Shown: positions 58,583 to 64,000 of the stretch, piece after piece
Position numbering within the stretch: position 1 is the first letter of the stretch
How the letters are laid out: the number at the start of each line of letters is the position of its first letter
Origin: Candidatus Latescibacterota bacterium
GTDB taxonomy: Bacteria > Latescibacterota > UBA2968 > UBA8231
Length of the DNA stretch: 64,000 nt
Direction of reading: 5' to 3'
NCBI GenBank assembly: GCA_964291625.2
Contig: OZ220089.1
Coordinates: forward strand, 384,001 to 448,000
Made by a program: the position numbers and the translations under genes
Notes under the pieces: model-generated
Database searches by the model: none
What the model saw: the letters and a program-made list of their open reading frames with translations, nothing else
What the model was told of the DNA's origin: nothing

Positions 58583-59551
58583 TCAGTCTCCGGCCGGCCC
58601 CCGAGAGGCGAGGGGCGTCCAGCCGCGGCCGGGCATGTGGGCGCGGGTCTCGAAGAACTTCTCGCGGATGGCGCAGAACTCCTCGGCCGTGCGGCACTCG
58701 CTCTCCGGCGCCCGGGGGTCGCGGATGACGAAGTCGGCCTCGGGAGGATAGCAGGCCATGGTCACGGGGTCCCTCTCGGGCGTGCAGGCGGCGGGCTCTT
58801 CCCCCACGTTGTTCGGCGCCTCGGCGCTCTGGTAGCGCAGGTCGAGGCTCCAGCGCACCCGGTCGCTGTGGTTCTCGAAGGAGGCATGGGGGGTGAGGTT
58901 GGTGAGGAAGAGGACGTCGCCGCGCTCCATCGGCACGGGGATCGGCTCGGCGCCGGGCACCCGGCCGGGGATCTCGAGATAGCCGCCGTGACCGCCCGTG
59001 TAGTGGCGGTGGACGCCGTTGCGGTGGCCGTGGGGCACCACCCACAGACAGCCGTTCTCCACGTCGACGTCGATCAGGGGGATCCAGCAGGTGAGGACCA
59101 GCAGGTCGTCGCAGTGGGGCAGGAAGTAGCCGGAGTCCTGGTGCCAGGGGACCTCGCCGCGCTCCCAGCGGGGCAGCTTCGGCCGCACGCGGTAGACGGA
59201 GGAGCCGATGATCCGCTCGCCGACGAAGCTCTCGACGACGGCGAGCAGCCTGGGGTGGGTGATGGTGTGGAACAGCTCCGGGCCGGCGAACCGGCCGCTG
59301 GTGACGGGCGCCATGATCCGCCCCAGGTGATCCGGCCAGCGCTCCGCCAGCAGGGCCAGTCGCCGGTCGAAGGGCGCGTCGGGAAAGGTCTCGTCCACCA
59401 GGCCTTCCTGCCGGGCGCGCTCGGCCTCGCGGTCGACGGCGGCGTGGAGCCCGCGGCGGACCGGCTCCAGGTCGGCGTCGTCGAGGACGCCCGGCTTCAT
59501 GACCCAGCCCTCTTCCTGGAACTGCCGTCGTTCGGCGGCGGTGAGACTCAT
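58583..59551 (-). CDS. phytanoyl-CoA dioxygenase family protein
   Basis: PWHQDSGY, WIPL, NGCL, PHAS and RWSLDLRY motifs. Confidence 0.9.
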   Translation of the reverse strand: MSLTAAERRQFQEEGWVMKPGVLDDADLEPVRRGLHAAVDREAERARQEGLVDETFPDAPFDRRLALLAERWPDHLGRIMAPVTSGRFAGPELFHTITHPRLLAVVESFVGERIIGSSVYRVRPKLPRWERGEVPWHQDSGYFLPHCDDLLVLTCWIPLIDVDVENGCLWVVPHGHRNGVHRHYTGGHGGYLEIPGRVPGAEPIPVPMERGDVLFLTNLTPHASFENHSDRVRWSLDLRYQSAEAPNNVGEEPAACTPERDPVTMACYPPEADFVIRDPRAPESECRTAEEFCAIREKFFETRAHMPGRGWTPLASRGPAGD

Positions 59552-59561
59552 GCTTCCTCCT

Positions 59562-60746
59562 TCAGTGGTGGAAGAGGCGGACGCCGGAGAACACCATGGT
59601 CATGCCGTAGCCGTCGGCGGCGGCGATCACCTCGTCGTCCTTCACGGAGCCGCCCGGCTGGACCACGTGCTCCACGCCGGAGCGGCTGGCGCGGTCGATG
59701 TTGTCCCGGAAGGGGAAGAAGGCGTCGGAGCTGAGGGCCACCCCGCGCACGTTGTCGAGCCACGCCCGCCGGTCCCGCGCCGACAGGCGTTCGGGCACCA
59801 CGCGGAAGCACTCGCGCCAGGCCGCCTCCTCCGGGCCGGAGAGCTCGTCCTCGAAGAACAGATCGATGGCGTTGTCCTTGTCGGCGCGCCGCAGCCCCCC
59901 GCGGAACTTCAGACCCCGCACCGCCGGGTGCTGGCGCAGGTGCCAGCGGTCGGCCTTGCCGCAGGCGAGGCGCACGCAGTGGATGCGCGACTGCTGGCCG
60001 GCGCCGGCGCCGGCGACCTGGCCGTCGACGGCGCAGACCACCGAGTTCGACTGGGTGTACTTGACGGCGATGGTGGCCACCGTGAGGTCGCGCCGGGCCT
60101 CGTCGGACAACTGCTTGCGGGCCGTCACCACGTTGGCGAACAGCACCGCGTCGGGCACGAAGTCGTTGCGCGGCTGCTGAAGGGTGACGCCGAAGACCTG
60201 GCGCGACTCCAGGGCCCGCGGCTCGTACCCGGCGTCGACCTCCAGGAGCTTGTAGTCGCCGCCCTTCTTCCCCTTCAGCAGCTCCACCGCGCCCGCCTCG
60301 AAGCCGGGGGCGACGAGGCCGTCGGACATCTCGCGACGGATCACCTCCGCCGTGGACAGGTCGAGGGGATCACTGACGGCGATCCAGTCGCCGAAGGAGG
60401 CGAGGCGGTCGGCGCCGCGGGCTCGGGCGTAGGCGCAGGCCAGGGGGCTCAGCTCCGCCTCCTCCGGGACGAACAGCGCCTGCCGCAGTCCGGCGGACAG
60501 GGGCAGGCCCACGGCGGCGCCGGCGGGGCTCAGGTGCTTGAAGGAGGCCGCCGCGGGCAAGCCGGTAGCCGCCTTCAGCTCGCGCACCAGCTGCCAGGCG
60601 TTTAGGGCGTCGAGGAGATTGATGTAGCTCGGCGCGTTGTGGACCACCCGCAGTGGCAGGTCCCCGCCTTCGAGGAAGCAGCGGGCTCCCGTCTGGTGCG
60701 GGTTGCAGCCATAGCGCATCCCGAGTTCGCCGGTCATCTCCGCCAC
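59562..60746 (-). CDS. purH: AICAR formyltransferase (short PurH lacking the IMP cyclohydrolase domain)
   Basis: Begins at RYGCNPHQ; SYINLLD, FKHLSPAG, SSDAFFPFRD, QPGGS and RLFHH motifs; no N-terminal MGS-like domain. Confidence 0.9.
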   Translation of the reverse strand: MAEMTGELGMRYGCNPHQTGARCFLEGGDLPLRVVHNAPSYINLLDALNAWQLVRELKAATGLPAAASFKHLSPAGAAVGLPLSAGLRQALFVPEEAELSPLACAYARARGADRLASFGDWIAVSDPLDLSTAEVIRREMSDGLVAPGFEAGAVELLKGKKGGDYKLLEVDAGYEPRALESRQVFGVTLQQPRNDFVPDAVLFANVVTARKQLSDEARRDLTVATIAVKYTQSNSVVCAVDGQVAGAGAGQQSRIHCVRLACGKADRWHLRQHPAVRGLKFRGGLRRADKDNAIDLFFEDELSGPEEAAWRECFRVVPERLSARDRRAWLDNVRGVALSSDAFFPFRDNIDRASRSGVEHVVQPGGSVKDDEVIAAADGYGMTMVFSGVRLFHH

Positions 60747-60758
60747 CCGCGCTCTTCA

Positions 60759-60787
60759 TTGACACTGTATGGAGCGGCTTCTATCAT
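60759..60787 (+). promoter_or_regulatory. sigma70 promoter of dapAB
   Basis: TTGACA-17bp-TATCAT. Confidence 0.7.
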
Positions 60788-60842
60788 GCCGCTACACACT
60801 CGCCACAATCCCTCCTCCCCGCAAGACAGGCTCGCCCCACTG

Positions 60843-61880
60843 ATGATCAAAGGTTGCTACACCGCCATCGTCACGCCGATGCGCGAAGACGGGAGCGTCG
60901 ACTACGAGGGACTCGAGCGGCTCCTCGAGTTCCAGATCGCCAACGGCATCGACGGCATCGTCGCCGTGGGCACCACGGGTGAGAGCCCGACCCTGTTGTG
61001 GGAGGAGCACAACGAGGTCATCGAGCGCACCTGCCGGACGACGAAGGGCCGCTGCAAGTCGATGGCGGGCACCGGCAGCAACTCCACGCGGGAGACCCTG
61101 GCCGGCACCGCCCATGCGGCTCACGCCGGCGCCGACAGCGTGCTCCTCGTCGACCCCTACTACAACGGCCCCAGCTCGGTGGAGATCCGCCGCGAGTACG
61201 TGGCCCCGGTGGCGGCCGAGTTCCCCGAGTTGCCCATGGTCCCCTACATCATCCCCGGGCGGACGGGCACGATGATGCACCCCGAGGACCTGGCCATCCT
61301 CTACGAGGAGCATCCCAACGTCTCGGCGGTGAAGGAGGCCACCGCCGACTACGAGAACATGGCGAAGACGCGGCGCCTCTGCGGCCCCGGCTTCAGCATC
61401 ATGTCCGGCGACGACGACCGCACCGTGGAGATGATGAAGCGCCAGGAGATCGCCGCCGCCGGGGTGATCTCGGTCATGGCCAACGTCGTTCCGGGCCCGA
61501 TCACCCGCATGACCCGCGCCCTCGCCGCGGGCGAGACGGAGCTGGCCGACAAGCTGGCCGGGGACCTGCAGCCGATCTTCGGCATCGTCGGCGTCGCCAC
61601 CACCGAGCAGAGCTCCCGGGGCCCTGTGGAGTGCAAGGCCCGCAACCCGGTGCCCATCAAGACGCTGATGAACCTCCTCGGCATGCCCTCCGGCCCGTGC
61701 CGCCAGCCCCTGGGCCGCCTCACCCCCGGGGGGGCGGAGGTGGTCGTCGGCGCCGCCCTGCGGGTTTGGCGCAACGACCCGTCCCTGCTGGCGCCGGTGG
61801 GAGAGGCCTTCGGCGTCGACGTCGAGGCCCGGCTCCACGACGCGGCGGCGGTGGCAGCCCTCGTCTACGGCGAGTACTGA
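60843..61880 (+). CDS. dapA: 4-hydroxy-tetrahydrodipicolinate synthase
   Basis: TAIVTP, GTTGES, PYYN, Y-x-x-PGRTG, VKEA and SGDD motifs; adjacent to dapB. Confidence 0.93.
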   Translation: MIKGCYTAIVTPMREDGSVDYEGLERLLEFQIANGIDGIVAVGTTGESPTLLWEEHNEVIERTCRTTKGRCKSMAGTGSNSTRETLAGTAHAAHAGADSVLLVDPYYNGPSSVEIRREYVAPVAAEFPELPMVPYIIPGRTGTMMHPEDLAILYEEHPNVSAVKEATADYENMAKTRRLCGPGFSIMSGDDDRTVEMMKRQEIAAAGVISVMANVVPGPITRMTRALAAGETELADKLAGDLQPIFGIVGVATTEQSSRGPVECKARNPVPIKTLMNLLGMPSGPCRQPLGRLTPGGAEVVVGAALRVWRNDPSLLAPVGEAFGVDVEARLHDAAAVAALVYGEY

Positions 61881-62677
61881 TGGCGACCCGCATCGCCGTC
61901 TGCGGTCTCGCCGGCCGCATGGGCCAGCGCCTGGGTCACCTCGTCCTCGACGCCGGCGACCTGGAGCTGGCCGCCGCCAGCGAGCGGCCGGGCCACGAGT
62001 GGCTGGGGCGCGACGCCGGCGAGGTCCTCGGCCGCGGGTCTCTCGGCGTGAGCCTTCAGCCGGCCATCGCCGCGGCCGAGGCCGACGTGGTCGTCGCCTT
62101 CACCACCCCCGAGGCCACCCTCGCCGACGCCGCGGCCAGCGCCGCCGCCGGCACCGCCATGGTGGTGGGCACCACCGGCATGTCGGGGGACCAGCTGGAC
62201 GAGTTCCGCTCCGCCGTGGCCCCCGTCGCCTGCGTCTTCGCCCCCAACTTCTCCACCGCCATGAACCTCCTCTTCAAGCTCGTGGAGGAGGCGGCCCTCG
62301 TCCTGGGAGACGACTACGACATCGAGGTCGTGGAGGCCCATCACCGGCACAAGGTCGACGCCCCGAGCGGCTCGGCCCTGCGCCTGGCCGAACGGGCCGC
62401 GGCCGGCGTCGGGCGCAACCTCGAGGAGGTCGCCGTCCATGGCCGCGAAGGGGTGACCGGCGAGCGCACGCGCAAGGAGATCGGCATGCACGCCCTGAGG
62501 CTGGGCGACCTCGCCGGCGATCACTCCGTGTTCTACGGCGCCGCGGGGGAGTACCTGGAGTTGCGCCATCACGCCACCAGCCGCGACGCCTTCGCCCTCG
62601 GGGCCCTGCGGGCGGCGCGCTTCGCCGCCGCCGCCGAGCCGGGGCTCTACGACATGGGGGACGTGCTGGGGTTGTAG
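61880..62677 (+). CDS. dapB: 4-hydroxy-tetrahydrodipicolinate reductase
   Basis: GLAGRMG, GTTG, APNFS and EAHHRHKVDAPSG motifs. Confidence 0.95.
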   Translation: MATRIAVCGLAGRMGQRLGHLVLDAGDLELAAASERPGHEWLGRDAGEVLGRGSLGVSLQPAIAAAEADVVVAFTTPEATLADAAASAAAGTAMVVGTTGMSGDQLDEFRSAVAPVACVFAPNFSTAMNLLFKLVEEAALVLGDDYDIEVVEAHHRHKVDAPSGSALRLAERAAAGVGRNLEEVAVHGREGVTGERTRKEIGMHALRLGDLAGDHSVFYGAAGEYLELRHHATSRDAFALGALRAARFAAAAEPGLYDMGDVLGL

Positions 62678-62708
62678 GGTCCGGCGCCGTAGCCGCGCCG
62701 CCGGACCT

Positions 62709-63506
62709 TCAGGAGGTGGAGGGGCTGCGCTCGGGGGTGGGGTTGAGGAAGGCGGGCCTCAGGGTGCGCAGCTTGTCGCGCAGGCGTGCCGCCTCCTCGA
62801 AGTTCTCGGCTTCCACGGCCACGTGGAGGTCGCGCTCCAGCTGCTCCTTCTGCGACAGGGGGCGCTCCTTCTCCAGCTCCTCGTACCAGTCGGACAGGAA
62901 GGTCAGCTCGGGGCAGTCCTCGTCCATCACGTCCTCCTCCCCCTCCCACTCGCCGAGGAACTGCTCGATGCGGTCGATGCCGCGCTGCACGTGGCGCAGG
63001 GCGGCGTCGTAGTCCTTGGCCTCGAGGGCGGCCATGGCCCGGGCCCGGGCCTGCATCATCACCGCGTGGGGCAGGTACTGCTCGAAGTACCACTTGACCT
63101 CGTCGCTGTCGGCGTGCTCGTGGACGAGATCGAAGATGGCCAGGTTGTGACCGGTGTCGCGCTCCACGCCTTCGAAGTCCTCCAGGTAGAACAGGGCGAG
63201 ATAGCGCTGGTAGTACTGCCAGGCTTCCTGGAAGAGGTCCTCGCAGCTCTGCTCGTCGAGCTCGGGACCGCTCCTGGGCAGGGAGCCGGGGCGGCTCCTC
63301 AGGGACTGGCGGAAGTGATGGAGGAAGGACTCGGCGCCGTGGGGCCGGTGTCCGTCGGGGCGGCCGGAGACGTCGAGCTGGAGGACCCCCATGTCGATGC
63401 GGATCTGGATCTTCTCCGTGCCGTCCCGGGCGGTGATCCGGCGGGCGATGAACTCGTCCGGGTCGAAGGGCCACGAATTGAGCAGGTCACCGATGTCGTA
63501 TTTCAT
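62709..63506 (-). CDS. UvrB/UvrC (UVR) motif-containing protein
   Basis: QIRIDMG, GRPDG and C-terminal AVEAENFEEAARLRD coiled-coil. Confidence 0.82.
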   Translation of the reverse strand: MKYDIGDLLNSWPFDPDEFIARRITARDGTEKIQIRIDMGVLQLDVSGRPDGHRPHGAESFLHHFRQSLRSRPGSLPRSGPELDEQSCEDLFQEAWQYYQRYLALFYLEDFEGVERDTGHNLAIFDLVHEHADSDEVKWYFEQYLPHAVMMQARARAMAALEAKDYDAALRHVQRGIDRIEQFLGEWEGEEDVMDEDCPELTFLSDWYEELEKERPLSQKEQLERDLHVAVEAENFEEAARLRDKLRTLRPAFLNPTPERSPSTS

Positions 63507-63583
63507 GGCCCCCCTTCGGCTCGGGTCCGCCAGAATATAACCTCGGGTCCAGCCCTTCGCTACATGGGGGAGGGGCTTTCCCG

Positions 63584-64000
63584 CTACCGCCGGGAGACCT
63601 TGATGCTGCCTACGGCGACGCCGATGACGAGGGCGATGACGGCGGCGATGATCAGGGCGTTGCGGACCACCCGGGCCCGCTCCTCCACGCGGATGGTGAT
63701 GTCCTTCTCCTGGGCCTCGATGCGCTCCGGGCCCTCGTACCCGGCGGCCTCGACGCGCACGTCGTACTCGCTGACGCCGATGCCGGCGGGCTGCACGAGG
63801 GTGATGTTCACCGGCTCCTTCTCCCCCGGCAGGATGCGGTCGATCGTGTCGGGCTCGGAGGACCAGGTCCAGTCGAGGGGCGGGGTCAGCACCAGGTGCA
63901 CCCTCTCCACCTCCAGGGTCCCCGTGTTGAGCAGGTCGACGCGCACCTTCACCTCCTCGCCCGTGCGCACCTCCTGGTAGCGGTTGGCGATGAGGGTTTC
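63584..64000 (-). CDS. 3' part of a NEW3/Ig-like domain protein with a C-terminal membrane anchor (partial)
   Basis: Open to the window edge; LNTGT...PLDW...LPGE...Y motif, then a TM helix and RR. Confidence 0.72.
   Translation of the reverse strand, partial: ETLIANRYQEVRTGEEVKVRVDLLNTGTLEVERVHLVLTPPLDWTWSSEPDTIDRILPGEKEPVNITLVQPAGIGVSEYDVRVEAAGYEGPERIEAQEKDITIRVEERARVVRNALIIAAVIALVIGVAVGSIKVSRR

Overview
Very GC-rich, gene-dense bacterial chromosomal window with about 60 CDS and no rRNA, tRNA, CRISPR array, integrase or transposase that I could recognise. DUF4838/DUF6785-type proteins, two PhyH dioxygenases and a Cox-like molybdoenzyme suggest an uncultured Latescibacterota/Gemmatimonadota-like organism; this is inference only. 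Content from left to right: (1) a minus-strand cluster of secreted glycosidase-like/DUF4838 proteins with a DUF6785-type membrane protein; (2) a Zn peptidase, DUF502, queC and a WbpD-like acetyltransferase; (3) an FAH-MFS-MFS-RraA operon; (4) an operon of moaA (frameshifted), a FolC::ATP-grasp fusion and a PLP trans-sulfuration enzyme; (5) a form II-like cox cluster (coxD,E, mocA, xdhC, coxG,S,L,M) with a variant active-site loop; (6) an ABC-2 exporter, a PiT-like protein, an enolase-superfamily enzyme, a HicB/HicA pair, a metallophosphoesterase and a SET protein; (7) a Fur-led metal operon (CbiMN, CbiQO fusion, COG0523, WD40) ending in a CxxC/RAPP putative arrest peptide and a His-rich lipoprotein; (8) a GmrSD-like DUF262-DUF1524 nuclease; (9) a duplicated-domain membrane protein with GMC and Gfo oxidoreductases; (10) further catabolic enzymes, a low-GC DUF4365-TPR gene, purN, a short purH, dapAB, a UVR-motif protein and a partial NEW3 protein. 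The strongest novelty candidates are the FolC::ATP-grasp fusion and the RAPP-peptide metal operon. All family assignments come from motif recognition by eye; no database search was run.
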